From NCBI GenBank assembly GCA_964353775.1, contig CAYGWB010000002.1, positions 69,185-133,184 of the forward strand: a stretch of 64,000 bases of DNA, read 5' to 3'. Below the pieces are notes generated by a model. It worked only from the letters and a program-made list of their open reading frames with translations. It had not been told where the DNA came from and made no database searches. Position numbers and translations under genes: made by a program. Below, one piece after another: positions 45,749 to 56,297 of the stretch. This stretch comes from an uncultured archaeon (lineage in GTDB: Archaea > Aenigmatarchaeota > Aenigmatarchaeia > Aenigmatarchaeales > JAHLMS01). Each line of letters starts with the position of its first letter. Within the stretch, counting starts at the first letter, position 1.

Positions 45749-45870
45749 CAAATCACATCATAATCTAAAATATCATATATTTAAGTGCTTTATTAAAAGT
45801 CTAAATATTCAGACAATTTTAAGTGTTAAGAATGAAGGCCGTATCTGTTTTGCATTCACGATATTAGATT

Positions 45871-46842
45871 CTACCGAATAAATACTTCGTTCGTCTGATA
45901 TTTTTTAATATCACTCTTTTTGCTGTAAGCAGATTTATTTGTTAGAATCATTTTCAAGACCTTTATCATTTTTTGTCGATAGTAATGGCAGTTCCAGCAT
46001 AGTTCGTTCTTACCGATAGTTCCTGTTAGCAGACGCTCACGTAAAGCCTTCCATTTCGGGCTTGTCCATGCCTCCTTAATGCTCATGTCGTTTACATTGC
46101 CTACGCAGTTCTTTTGATAATAGTCAAAACAGCACGGAATAATTGAGCCGTCAGCGAATACGAAACAATGCCTGAAAGGCATCTTACATGGAGTTTTCAA
46201 TATGCCACCTGCTCGATTTATTAAATGCGGGTAATTCGTCTGCCCTGCCCAATCATGTGTTTCAAAATATGCGAACCTTGAATTGTCATGCATGTGTGGT
46301 CGAATAAAATCAATATATTCCTTTTGATCGTTATTTGAGAAAAACAACACACCGATATCTACCTGAATGTTCTTTCCTTTTGTTTGGTCAAGAAAGTCAG
46401 CTATTTTTTGCCATGTTTGCTTGTTCTGTTGCTTTTCAAATAGTGATATGAAGGTCATACCCGAATCGATAATCTTTTTTCCAATTTCTTTTGTGAGCAG
46501 AGAACCATTGCTCGAGAAATCTATTTTTGTGTTAGGCATCTTTTTTCTGACTATTCTTATGAAGTCGAATATTTCAGAATTCAAAAGAGGTTCACCAAAC
46601 TGGTGTAGTGCGATCTCCTTGATGTGTGGATTTTCTTTCTTTACCTCATCTATTATTTTGTTGAACATCTCTTTGTTCATCCATATTTCTGGTCGTCTGT
46701 CAGGGTTGTTGTTCGGACAGAACGGGCAGGACAGATTGCACTTGCTGTTGAGTTCTATTCCAATATATTCTGGGAAAGGTATATCTGAGAACTGTTGCTT
46801 GCCTATGCTCGTAGCCATTATTAGTTTTTTTCTTAGGGACAT
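45871..46842 (-). CDS. Radical SAM protein with SPASM/twitch domain
   Basis: 'CNLSCPFC', 'GEPLL', 'PCKMPF..DGSIIPCCFD..GN..CWNC'. Confidence 0.88.
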   Translation of the reverse strand: MSLRKKLIMATSIGKQQFSDIPFPEYIGIELNSKCNLSCPFCPNNNPDRRPEIWMNKEMFNKIIDEVKKENPHIKEIALHQFGEPLLNSEIFDFIRIVRKKMPNTKIDFSSNGSLLTKEIGKKIIDSGMTFISLFEKQQNKQTWQKIADFLDQTKGKNIQVDIGVLFFSNNDQKEYIDFIRPHMHDNSRFAYFETHDWAGQTNYPHLINRAGGILKTPCKMPFRHCFVFADGSIIPCCFDYYQKNCVGNVNDMSIKEAWTSPKWKALRERLLTGTIGKNELCWNCHYYRQKMIKVLKMILTNKSAYSKKSDIKKYQTNEVFIR

Positions 46843-46939
46843 TTTATTCGCTCCATTATAATTATATGTTGTTATAAGTTATAGCTTATCAGCTAGTTAA
46901 TATTTAAAAAGCTAGCGACAAACATATTAGGCGAGCTAT

Positions 46940-48457
46940 ATGGACGTCAAAACTATTGAAAAAAATATAGAGATGCTTTTCATAGTATTCCTGCTATTGT
47001 TAGGAACCTACTATGTAGTGTTGGCATACAGTACCCAGATGCTAGGTGAGGACGAGGCTGTTTATTACGGAGCATCGAACGAGTTTGCACAAGGAACCTA
47101 CAGGGCATTTTTACCGGCTGATAAACCATTCGTGAGTCCGGTTCTTATGTCGCTTACTGCCACACCGTTCTTTCTAATTTTTGGTTCGTCCTTAGGAGCA
47201 TTGAAGGCAGTGTCTGCATTATTCGGAATACTGTCATTATTCATAGTTTTTTTGATAGGGAAAAAAATTAATGTATATTACGGAATTTTCGCGGCAATCC
47301 TTCTGCTGTCAATTCAGATGTTTACACAATTCATGATGCTGGCATATGTCGAAACACCAATAACGTTCTTTTCCGCACTGTTAATATATTGTTATCTGAC
47401 TTTGGACAATACAAAAAAAGCGGTTCTCACAGGAGCGATACTGAGCTTGGCTTTTTATACAAAGGCCAGTGCCTTGGTGCTGGTTGCCGTGCCATTTGTT
47501 TACGGAGTTTTCCTATGGCTCTATGAAAAAAACAAGCAGTATGTCAAATTTGCCGTAGTATCGATATTGACGTTTGTAGCGTTAGTAGCACCATTCGCTA
47601 TTAGAAACATTTTATTGTATCATTATCCCTTTGTCGAAGGATTGAATGTACTTTTCGGAGCTTCACCTCTTCAATGGCCAACATGGTTATCTGATGTATT
47701 CAAAACGGTTTCTCCGGTGCGGCCTGGTATGGAAATGTATATATCCTCATTTGGATGGTTGGCCATAGTGCTCGGCATATTTGGTTTTGGATGGTTGGCC
47801 ACAAACTGGAAACATGAAAAAAAGGAACGTGATCTTCTCATCATGCAACTTTTGACAATATTTTTCTTCATAGCAGTCTTCAACATTGTATATTTTTTTG
47901 GAACCTTTCCACTTGAATCTCGATACCTATCTATTATATTTCCATCAATTGTGCTACTCGGTGGTTTCTTCATCTGGAAAATTAATCAATGGAACAAATG
48001 GCTGATACTATTAATAGTACCAATTTTGCTATTTAGTACCTATGTCAGTGCCACAACGGTGTTTTCAACACATGGTTCGCAACGATATCCAGCAGACTAC
48101 ATAGATGCGTTGCATTGGATAAAGGCCAATACGACCTCTGACGCTTTGCTTTTCACGACATATGGCGGCAGTACGAAATACTTCGGTGAACGAGAGAGCA
48201 TATGGACATGGGAGGTTAAGGAGTTTCCTGAACTCATGAACTCAAACAACGGAACCTACATTGCAGATACGTTAAAACATTATAATATTAGCTACATCTT
48301 GATATGGCGTGCGACTGTGGCACAGAATTATATCATTCCCGAGAGCAACCTTTGGGGCGTCTTTACATATAATTTTGTAGATGTTGTCAGCAAGGATACC
48401 GAAGACTTTGAAACAGTTTACTCCAACCAGGACAACTGGATACTTAAGCTGAAGTGA
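46940..48457 (+). CDS. GT-C membrane glycosyltransferase (ArnT/PMT-like)
   Basis: 'DEAVY' after TM1, many TM helices, 'YTK', 'RY', C-terminal soluble domain. Confidence 0.8.
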   Translation: MDVKTIEKNIEMLFIVFLLLLGTYYVVLAYSTQMLGEDEAVYYGASNEFAQGTYRAFLPADKPFVSPVLMSLTATPFFLIFGSSLGALKAVSALFGILSLFIVFLIGKKINVYYGIFAAILLLSIQMFTQFMMLAYVETPITFFSALLIYCYLTLDNTKKAVLTGAILSLAFYTKASALVLVAVPFVYGVFLWLYEKNKQYVKFAVVSILTFVALVAPFAIRNILLYHYPFVEGLNVLFGASPLQWPTWLSDVFKTVSPVRPGMEMYISSFGWLAIVLGIFGFGWLATNWKHEKKERDLLIMQLLTIFFFIAVFNIVYFFGTFPLESRYLSIIFPSIVLLGGFFIWKINQWNKWLILLIVPILLFSTYVSATTVFSTHGSQRYPADYIDALHWIKANTTSDALLFTTYGGSTKYFGERESIWTWEVKEFPELMNSNNGTYIADTLKHYNISYILIWRATVAQNYIIPESNLWGVFTYNFVDVVSKDTEDFETVYSNQDNWILKLK

Positions 48458-48519
48458 ACATCCTACACGTTTAAATAGTTCAAACCGACGTTTTGATAAT
48501 TATAGGGCTAGTGATTTGG

Positions 48520-49461
48520 ATGAAACAGGAAAAGATACTGATAACAGGCGGAGCGGGCTATCTGGGATCGATAGTAACAGAGTATTTCCTATCGAAAGGT
48601 TATGATGTCACGGTATATGACAATCTACTTTATAATCAAACCTCCCTATTCAACCTGTGTTATCATAAAAATTTTCACTTTGTATACGGGGATGTAAGGA
48701 ATCACGATCTGCTTGGAAAGATGATTGAAAAGGCTGATATCATATTCCCGCTTGCTGCGATAGTCGGGGCACCGGCATGTGAAAAGGCGCCGGACGTGAC
48801 GATTGCAGTAAATCAAAAGTCCATAGAGTGGTTAGCCAAACAAATAAGGCCGAACCAGAAAGTAGTCTTTCCGACAACTAACAGCGGATATGGCATAGGG
48901 CAGAAAGATATACATTGCACCGAGGAGACTCCACTAAAACCAATATCATTGTATGGTGTAACCAAAGTTGCGGCTGAAAAAGCGCTATTAGACACTGGAA
49001 ATGCGGTTACATTTCGTCTCGCAACAGTGTTCGGTTTTTCGCCACGTATGCGTCTCGACCTGCTGGTCAATGATTTCGTCTACAAAGCATTCAAGGACAA
49101 ATATATAGTAATGTTCGAGAAAGATTTCAAGCGTAACTTCTTGCACATACGCGATGTGCCAAGGCTCTTCGAACACGCAATAAATAATTATGACAAAATG
49201 AAGGGACAGACATTCAATGCTGGACTACCAGATGCGAACCTATCGAAGGAGGAACTGACACTGCTCATAAAGAAGTTCGTACAGGACTTCTACATAACCT
49301 GCTCGGAAATAAACAAGGACCCTGACAAAAGGAACTACATAATTTCGAACGACAAACTACTCGAGACAGGCTTTAAGTTCCAACACGGTCTTGAAGATGG
49401 TATAGTAGAGCTGCTCAAAGGTTATGCGATTCTGCGTGACAACCAATACAAAAACATATAG
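48520..49461 (+). CDS. NAD-dependent epimerase/dehydratase
   Basis: 'ITGGAGYLGS', 'YGVTK', 'RLATVFG.SPRMRLDL'. Confidence 0.9.
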   Translation: MKQEKILITGGAGYLGSIVTEYFLSKGYDVTVYDNLLYNQTSLFNLCYHKNFHFVYGDVRNHDLLGKMIEKADIIFPLAAIVGAPACEKAPDVTIAVNQKSIEWLAKQIRPNQKVVFPTTNSGYGIGQKDIHCTEETPLKPISLYGVTKVAAEKALLDTGNAVTFRLATVFGFSPRMRLDLLVNDFVYKAFKDKYIVMFEKDFKRNFLHIRDVPRLFEHAINNYDKMKGQTFNAGLPDANLSKEELTLLIKKFVQDFYITCSEINKDPDKRNYIISNDKLLETGFKFQHGLEDGIVELLKGYAILRDNQYKNI

Positions 49462-49469
49462 GCGAGAAC

Positions 49470-50420
49470 ATGAATTATAAGACACCGTTGTTGATTACAG
49501 GAGCTACAGGATTCATCGGTACGAACCTACAGGAGTCGCTACGCGATCGTGGCATAACGGATTTCGTTGCGCTTGGTTCGGAGCACTTCGATCTGACGGA
49601 ACAGACGCAAGTTCGAGCAATGTTCAAGAAATACAACCCGGAGAAGGTCATACATTTGGCCGCCTATGTCGGCGGGATACTGGCAAACAAGAGCTATCCG
49701 GCAGATTTCTGCTATCAGAACTTGATAATAAACACGCTAACTATACACGAGGCCAAGAACGCAGACGTGAAAAAGTTCCTGACGCTCATGGGCGGTTGCA
49801 GCTATCCGACGCATGCGCCGAACCCCATCAAAGAAGAATACATGTGGGACGGCTATCCGCAGAAGGAGAGCGCGCCCTACTCGGTCGCCAAGAAGATGGC
49901 AATCGTCCAGCTGAACAGCTACAGGCAGCAGTACGGATTCAACGGAGTCATGCTAATACCCGGGAACGTCTACGGACCACATGACAATTATTCCCTAAAC
50001 AATTCTCATGTAATACCTGGCCTCATACACAAATACTACAACGCGAAGAAGAACAACGAACCGCAGGTTGTGGTTTGGGGAACCGGCAACCCCACTCGCG
50101 ATTTCATATATGTGAGAGACGCGACCGACTGTATAGCAAAGGCATTTGAGGATTATAACGGAGAACAACTGATAAACATCTCCACGGGTGTGCGCACGCC
50201 GATAAAGGAACTGGTGAACACGATAGCTAAACACACCAAATATCAAGGCAAGATAGTTTGGGACACCACGAAGCCGGACGGACAGATGGAAAAGATATTT
50301 GATGTCACGCGAATGAAAGAAATACTCAAATTCACACCGAAGACGACGCTTGATGAGGGCATCAAGAAGACAGTAGCTTGGTTCGAAAATAATATGTCAT
50401 TAGGAAAGGTACGCATTTAG
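49470..50420 (+). CDS. fcl: GDP-L-fucose synthase family protein
   Basis: 'HLAAYVGGILAN', 'CSYP', 'YSVAK', 'SHVIPGLI', 'WGTGNPTRDF', 'KPDG'. Confidence 0.88.
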   Translation: MNYKTPLLITGATGFIGTNLQESLRDRGITDFVALGSEHFDLTEQTQVRAMFKKYNPEKVIHLAAYVGGILANKSYPADFCYQNLIINTLTIHEAKNADVKKFLTLMGGCSYPTHAPNPIKEEYMWDGYPQKESAPYSVAKKMAIVQLNSYRQQYGFNGVMLIPGNVYGPHDNYSLNNSHVIPGLIHKYYNAKKNNEPQVVVWGTGNPTRDFIYVRDATDCIAKAFEDYNGEQLINISTGVRTPIKELVNTIAKHTKYQGKIVWDTTKPDGQMEKIFDVTRMKEILKFTPKTTLDEGIKKTVAWFENNMSLGKVRI

Positions 50421-50429
50421 GTTCTTTAC

Positions 50430-51098
50430 ATGAAAAAGTATGAGCACGTTGTTGCATATCGCATACCATATTCAATAAGAAGAATGGGTTTATGGATTTC
50501 TCATCCCGGGTTTGAAAAAAACCTAAAAAAACAACTTAATGATTGTGAAACTGTTTTAGATTTGGGATGTGGTCCGTCGTCACCAATAAGACCTTTTTCA
50601 AAAAGGTTTTACTCTGTTGGTGTCGATGCCTTTAGTAATTATATAAAGATTAGTAAAAAACATCGGATACACAATTCGTATCAGCTTATGAATATAATGG
50701 ACATCGATAAAAAATTTAAACCAAAATCATTTGACGGAGTAATTCTTATAGATGTTTTAGAACATTTAGACAAAGAAAGTGGTAAAATTATATTAAAAAA
50801 GGCTGAGCGAATTGCAAAGAAAAAGATTATAATTTCAACTCCAAATGGATTCGCTGCACAAAGTTTATATGATAAAAATCCATTACAACTACATAGATCC
50901 GGTTGGACTCCTCAAGAGTTAAAAAATAGAGGATATTGTGTGAATGGGTTACTTGGTTTGAAATGGATGCGCGGTGAATATGGTACGATTCGTTGCAAAC
51001 CATGGGTTTTTTGGATTTTGGTATCCTTCGTATCAGAGTTTTATGTATGGAATAGACCAGAAAAGGCAAGACAATTATTTTGCGTTAAAAATATTTAG
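50430..51098 (+). CDS. Class I SAM-dependent methyltransferase
   Basis: 'VLDLGCG', 'DVLEHL', 'STPNG', 'HRSGW'. Confidence 0.87.
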   Translation: MKKYEHVVAYRIPYSIRRMGLWISHPGFEKNLKKQLNDCETVLDLGCGPSSPIRPFSKRFYSVGVDAFSNYIKISKKHRIHNSYQLMNIMDIDKKFKPKSFDGVILIDVLEHLDKESGKIILKKAERIAKKKIIISTPNGFAAQSLYDKNPLQLHRSGWTPQELKNRGYCVNGLLGLKWMRGEYGTIRCKPWVFWILVSFVSEFYVWNRPEKARQLFCVKNI

Positions 51099-51210
51099 TG
51101 ATTTGATATGAAATTTATAAACGAGAGATTGATACTACGAATTAGATTTTTCGAAGAGAACCTCTCATTTTTTAAGATGTACGAGACTAGGTACAATATA
51201 GGCGGTCCTC

Positions 51211-51870
51211 TTGGCTAAAGAAATAAATATAATCAATAAAATAAAAAATATTGTCTTTCCAACTGAAAGGGTTGTTCCAGGCGTTGCTCCTAATGAGCTA
51301 TTTCAAGAGCACATAACCAAATACGAATGGGTAAGCAAATATGTCAATGGCAAGACGGTTCTAGACATCGCTTGTGGTACTGGCTACGGGTCTTCTCTAC
51401 TTCTTTTTCGAGGTGCCAAACGCATATATGGTGGTGATATATCTGAGGAGGCAATAAAATTTGCAAAAGAACACTATAGGAACATAGATTTTCGTGTCAT
51501 GAATGCCGAGCAGCTACCATTCGAGGATAATTTTTTTGATGTGATAGTTTCTCTAGAAACTCTAGAACATCTCTCTAACCCTGAAAAATTTGTTGGTGAA
51601 GCGAAACGTTTGTTGAAGACTGGAGGAGTTCTAATAATTTCTACACCAGCAATGCGTGTTCGTAATCCATTTCATGTTAAAGAATTCTTTACAAAGAATG
51701 AACTGGAAGAAATGTTATCATCCTTTTCAAATATAGAATTCTTCGGCCAGTTCAGAAAAATATCACGTATAAAAAGATTGTTGAGGCTATTAGGCCTTAT
51801 AAGTTTAGATTATAGCATATCACCATATTCACCAAACCATATGTTTATGATTGTTGTGTGCATAAAGTGA
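51211..51870 (+). CDS. Class I SAM-dependent methyltransferase
   Basis: 'VLDIACGTGYG', 'FDVIVSLETLEHL', 'STP', 'NPFHVKEF'. Confidence 0.88.
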   Translation: MAKEINIINKIKNIVFPTERVVPGVAPNELFQEHITKYEWVSKYVNGKTVLDIACGTGYGSSLLLFRGAKRIYGGDISEEAIKFAKEHYRNIDFRVMNAEQLPFEDNFFDVIVSLETLEHLSNPEKFVGEAKRLLKTGGVLIISTPAMRVRNPFHVKEFFTKNELEEMLSSFSNIEFFGQFRKISRIKRLLRLLGLISLDYSISPYSPNHMFMIVVCIK

Positions 51871-51876
51871 TGATAT

Positions 51877-52635
51877 ATGAAAATATTCATATTGGGTCAT
51901 AAAGGGTTTGTCGGGAGCGGCATATCTGACTACTTCACATCCAAAGGCGTCGAGTTCGAAGGCATAGACAGAAGCAACTATGGTAGTCTTGTTGGTAAGG
52001 AATGTGACCTTTTCATAAACGTGGCTGGAAGCTCAAAGAAGAGGCTGGCGACCACTGATCCAAAGATAGATTTTGCGGCAAACGTTGTCGATACCGCAAA
52101 TTCCATATTCGATTTTAAGGCGAAAAAATACGTCTACCTATCGACGATAGACGTCTACAACAATGTATCATCGAAACCGAAGGAGATAACAATCATAGAG
52201 CCTTTGAAGCTCAGCAATTACGGCTTTGATAAATATTTTGCCGAGCAGATAGTTAGGAAATACTGCCCGAGTTGGATCATAGTCAGAGCGGCTGGAATGG
52301 TAGGCAGAAACATGAGCAAGAACGCTGTTTTCGATATTCTCAATTTCGGCAAGACGTTCGTGTCTCCGAAATCAGAATATCAGTACATGAACACTCTTGA
52401 TCTTGGCAGAATCTTACATCAACTTTCAGAAAAGACAGAAAATGACATTTTTAATGTTTGCGGGGACGGGGCAATAGCTGTCGAGGAGATAGCAAAAATA
52501 GCTGGCGTCACATTGCCAAAGGAGTGCTACAAACTTCCAGCCGAAAAATATGAAGTCGATGTATCAAAAGCATCAAAATACTGTAAAATACCTAAGACGC
52601 GAGACACAATTATTGACTTTATGAAAAACAGGTAA
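51877..52635 (+). CDS. NAD-dependent epimerase/dehydratase (short)
   Basis: 'ILGHKGFVGS', 'STIDVY', 'YGFDK..AE'. Confidence 0.82.
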   Translation: MKIFILGHKGFVGSGISDYFTSKGVEFEGIDRSNYGSLVGKECDLFINVAGSSKKRLATTDPKIDFAANVVDTANSIFDFKAKKYVYLSTIDVYNNVSSKPKEITIIEPLKLSNYGFDKYFAEQIVRKYCPSWIIVRAAGMVGRNMSKNAVFDILNFGKTFVSPKSEYQYMNTLDLGRILHQLSEKTENDIFNVCGDGAIAVEEIAKIAGVTLPKECYKLPAEKYEVDVSKASKYCKIPKTRDTIIDFMKNR

Positions 52636-52639
52636 TACG

Positions 52640-53980
52640 ATGAAAAACGTTGATCAGTCTTTTAATGTAGAGATAATTTCACCTCTCAAGAAACAGTCTG
52701 ACATATGCGTAGTGATAATAACCTTTGCCAGGGTCGATTATGTTATTGACATTGTGAACAGGCTACAGAACCAGACATACAAACCTGACATTCTAGTGAC
52801 AGACAACAGTCCGGACTCAAAAATAGCTATGGAACTTAAGAAAAAATTTCCAAACATAGGAATAATAGAGATAAAGGGCGGTAATGTAGGACCCGCAGGC
52901 ACATTTTTTGTTGGCGAAAAGTTCGCATATGACGCTGGTTACAAATACATAATCATAGCTGATGATGATGCTTTTCCGGAGTCAAAGAAACTTATAGAAG
53001 TTGCAGTCAAGACGCTTGAGAAAGATACCGCAGCCAGTGTCGTGATTTCATCTCAAATCAACAATACGAAAACATATGACATAGCCCAGCTCAGTGTCAT
53101 ACGACGCGAGGTGTTTGAAAAAATAGGGTTCACGTTTGCACCAATATTTAGGGTTGGTGAAGACGTAGACTTTACACGTCGAGTGAGACTTGCCGGATTT
53201 AAGATTGTACACAGCCCTGAACTTTATAGACATCCACCAATGTTTATTTCAGGTCTGTCTCCAAGACAGACATATTATCTTATTCGAAATCATTGTTTTG
53301 GTTCTTGTTCAAATATAAATAAGATAACAAGTCCAACAGTAATATTCCCATTACTACTTATTGGATATTTTTGGGTACATCTGTTAGAGAAACGAAGCGG
53401 TTTTAGGAGAGCAATACAGCTAGCGCTGTCAGATTTTATTCATCTTAATTTTGGGCCAGTATGCGCAGAAGCCAATGTCAGTCAGTCGCACTGCCTTAAT
53501 AGAACCATATCTGGCGAGCAGCTTGCTGAAGCGCCAGCAAACACCAATAATTATACATTGATTGCGCGTTCGGATACAATAATTAATATGATGAAGCCTG
53601 ACTCCCGCAAACGGATAACTGATGTCTGTAATTTAGATATTTCTGGTGCCTATGAGGCTAAAAAGAGAAAATATCTAAAGACGCTGAAACTTTTCAGATA
53701 CAGCGGTCGAAATGTAATTTTAAACGAGCACATACCGCCGCCATTGCTGTATCTCTTCAGGTCCGTCAGCATATACGATTTTAATAAAGATAGATTTATG
53801 TCACTTACGAAAGAAAGAGGGACATTTTCCAGAACACTATGTCTAATAATAACGTTGTTTGGTTCTATAGCCCTGTTGTCATTAATGTTGCCTATGATGT
53901 TCATCTGGCACATTTTATTCTTGCCATATGATTTCTTCGAAAGAAAGTCAAAAGAGCTTAAAATAATATACGAGAAATAA
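52640..53980 (+). CDS. Glycosyltransferase family 2 with C-terminal extension
   Basis: 'DNS', 'NVGPAG', 'ADDD', 'EDVDF..R', 'YYLIRN'. Confidence 0.8.
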   Translation: MKNVDQSFNVEIISPLKKQSDICVVIITFARVDYVIDIVNRLQNQTYKPDILVTDNSPDSKIAMELKKKFPNIGIIEIKGGNVGPAGTFFVGEKFAYDAGYKYIIIADDDAFPESKKLIEVAVKTLEKDTAASVVISSQINNTKTYDIAQLSVIRREVFEKIGFTFAPIFRVGEDVDFTRRVRLAGFKIVHSPELYRHPPMFISGLSPRQTYYLIRNHCFGSCSNINKITSPTVIFPLLLIGYFWVHLLEKRSGFRRAIQLALSDFIHLNFGPVCAEANVSQSHCLNRTISGEQLAEAPANTNNYTLIARSDTIINMMKPDSRKRITDVCNLDISGAYEAKKRKYLKTLKLFRYSGRNVILNEHIPPPLLYLFRSVSIYDFNKDRFMSLTKERGTFSRTLCLIITLFGSIALLSLMLPMMFIWHILFLPYDFFERKSKELKIIYEK

Positions 53981-56062
53981 CTAAATCACTTCGAATATCT
54001 TGACTTCTTCGTTCCTGAACACTTCTTTGAAGTGCTCAAGACCCTGGCCTTCGAGCATGAACATCTTTGTGAAGACGGCTTCCCGCAGGGTCGGCGGAAT
54101 CATTACAATATAGCTGCCATCAGACGGCATCCAGATGGTGTACGGGGAAGTCTGGTTGACGAACTTGATCTTAAGCTGGCTTTCAAGCGGCTGTAGCTGT
54201 TCTGTGATGGCTGTGACATTATAATCAGAGAACTTTGCTGTGACCGGAGTCGTCCCGTTGTAGAATATGATTTCGTTGAATATGGCCGCGCTCCTGCCCT
54301 GTATCACTATAGGTATCGGCGGCGTACCTGACAAAACAATTATGTTTGAATAGTAGCGGGCCGCTATGCTGCCGTCCTGGCCGTAGGCATACTTCTCCAG
54401 ACCGATCATGCCATATAATGGACAACGGCTCTCGGTTCGAGCGTCACAGCCGGTGCCGAAGTACTGGACCCATTGAAACTTACCGATCAGGTCGTTCGAC
54501 GCAATCCAATAAGCCTTTTCAGACGTGCCCTGATATTTGTGGATGAGCTCCACTGACTCGTTCTCATCCGAAGTTGCCATGATCTTGCCAAGGTCCGTTA
54601 TACGGTCATTTATGTTCCACATACATTGATAACCGCAGTGAGCACCATCTCCGATATTTCTTCGTTCTGCAAGCGCGGCGATCATGTGACCGGGATCCCA
54701 CCACGTTCCGATTATCGAAGATTCCGGAGTGCTCGTTTTGATCCATAACCATGCGTTGTCCCAGTTCGGACTCACGTCCGGTCCCACTTGCTGGCCGACC
54801 TGAAGACCTATGCCGGCCGCAATCAACATAATTGTCAACCCCAGTCCCAGTGCGAACGACTGCAAGAACTTGTCACGTTTTGACCAGTTCATGAAGTATC
54901 CCCAACCGGCCGCGACAGCGATCAGTATCAATGCTGAGCTGAACTCAGTAAATCGGATTCCACGCAGCGTTGTTATAACAGCTATTCCCAATAGCGCAAT
55001 CAGGAAACTCGCATTAAGAGTGTTCTGACGCCAACTTTGCCAAAGACCAAATATCGCAAGCGCAATGAAAGTAATGAACAGCGTGATGTCGACCATGCCT
55101 TCGCCGGTCACAAACCGTCCGGCGGCCATCATCCACGTTCCGATGCTCGTGAGGTCTACCAATTGCAGTTCGGCTATGCTTATGTTGACTATCCATGATT
55201 CTGCCCTTGTTGCGAAGCCTGTCAGATACGAGAGTGCCGTCACCACATTTATGCTAAGTATCGATCCGGCTATGCCCATTGCAACAAAAAGCATTATAAT
55301 AACAGCAATCATTTTTGATGAACGCTTCCAAGCCATGACAGCGCGGGTCGCCATCTTTGGTTTTGACAACTCGTCTTTTGAGCTGTGCTCTCCCAAAACC
55401 GTAGTCATTAAAAAGTATATCATTATTCCTCCAATCAGGAAGAACCAGCTGTACAAAAACATCGCCCACGACATCATGAAGCCGATAAAGCAACCGGCCG
55501 CCAGGCAAAAACTGGCAGGCGTACGTTTCCTGATCGCGTATATGCCGGCCCATAATGTCAGCAGAATGAATAGCAATGCGATTTGGTCTGTGTCAAAACT
55601 GGCACCGAATGTTCGTATTAGAATCTGCGGAGCAGTCCCGACTAGTGCTGCTGAAAGAAGTCCGCCCCACTTGTTCGACAGCTCACGGCCAAGAAGAAAC
55701 GCAGGTATCACTATGGCCGCACCGAGCAATGCCGACACATAATTTGCAATCGCCATCAGGCTGAACCCCAGGCCTTTGAGTAGCCACCATCCAAAAACAG
55801 TCAGAAACCACAACAAAGGCGGACTAGTGTTGAACTCCACCGCCCGCCCCATGTAATATGTCAGTTCGTCCCATGCCGGTAATGTTCCCCAATCAGCGAG
55901 ATACCTCGTGAACCTGAATTGATATATTGGGTCATAACCGAGCAATCTGTCCGGAATAGTGTTAATACCGCGTATGTAATAGCTGAAGAGAAAGATTATA
56001 GCCAGCGCCGCGACGGGCCACCACTTCAGAGCGAACGCTTTCAGCTTCTCCTTGTCCATCAT
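53981..56062 (-). CDS. aglB: Oligosaccharyltransferase AglB (STT3 family)
   Basis: 'YDPIY', 'FDTD', 'SIAEL', 'WWDPG' motif, multi-TM N-half. Confidence 0.9.
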   Translation of the reverse strand: MMDKEKLKAFALKWWPVAALAIIFLFSYYIRGINTIPDRLLGYDPIYQFRFTRYLADWGTLPAWDELTYYMGRAVEFNTSPPLLWFLTVFGWWLLKGLGFSLMAIANYVSALLGAAIVIPAFLLGRELSNKWGGLLSAALVGTAPQILIRTFGASFDTDQIALLFILLTLWAGIYAIRKRTPASFCLAAGCFIGFMMSWAMFLYSWFFLIGGIMIYFLMTTVLGEHSSKDELSKPKMATRAVMAWKRSSKMIAVIIMLFVAMGIAGSILSINVVTALSYLTGFATRAESWIVNISIAELQLVDLTSIGTWMMAAGRFVTGEGMVDITLFITFIALAIFGLWQSWRQNTLNASFLIALLGIAVITTLRGIRFTEFSSALILIAVAAGWGYFMNWSKRDKFLQSFALGLGLTIMLIAAGIGLQVGQQVGPDVSPNWDNAWLWIKTSTPESSIIGTWWDPGHMIAALAERRNIGDGAHCGYQCMWNINDRITDLGKIMATSDENESVELIHKYQGTSEKAYWIASNDLIGKFQWVQYFGTGCDARTESRCPLYGMIGLEKYAYGQDGSIAARYYSNIIVLSGTPPIPIVIQGRSAAIFNEIIFYNGTTPVTAKFSDYNVTAITEQLQPLESQLKIKFVNQTSPYTIWMPSDGSYIVMIPPTLREAVFTKMFMLEGQGLEHFKEVFRNEEVKIFEVI

Positions 56063-56114
56063 ACCACGTGTGCTAATTAGAAATTGGAAAGTTTAAAAAG
56101 GTAGGATAAAGAAG

Positions 56115-56240
56115 CTACCATTCTTCTTCCTCTTCGTTGGTCTTCTCTTCCGGCGCCTCCTCAACAACGAACTCCTGTTCCGGGACTTCTTCCGTTTCAG
56201 GTACCACAGGCTTCTTCAGCATCTTTTTTGGCTTGATCAT
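56115..56240 (-). CDS. 41-aa basic/acidic microprotein (not in ORF track)
   Basis: GGAGGTG RBS; MIKPKKMLKKPVVPETEEVPEQEFVVEEAPEEKTNEEEEEW*. Confidence 0.6.
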   Translation of the reverse strand: MIKPKKMLKKPVVPETEEVPEQEFVVEEAPEEKTNEEEEEW

Positions 56241-56297
56241 TGCGACACCTCCAATAAACCCATGCTTATTTTAGCTTTGTCATAGCTATTTAAAGTT

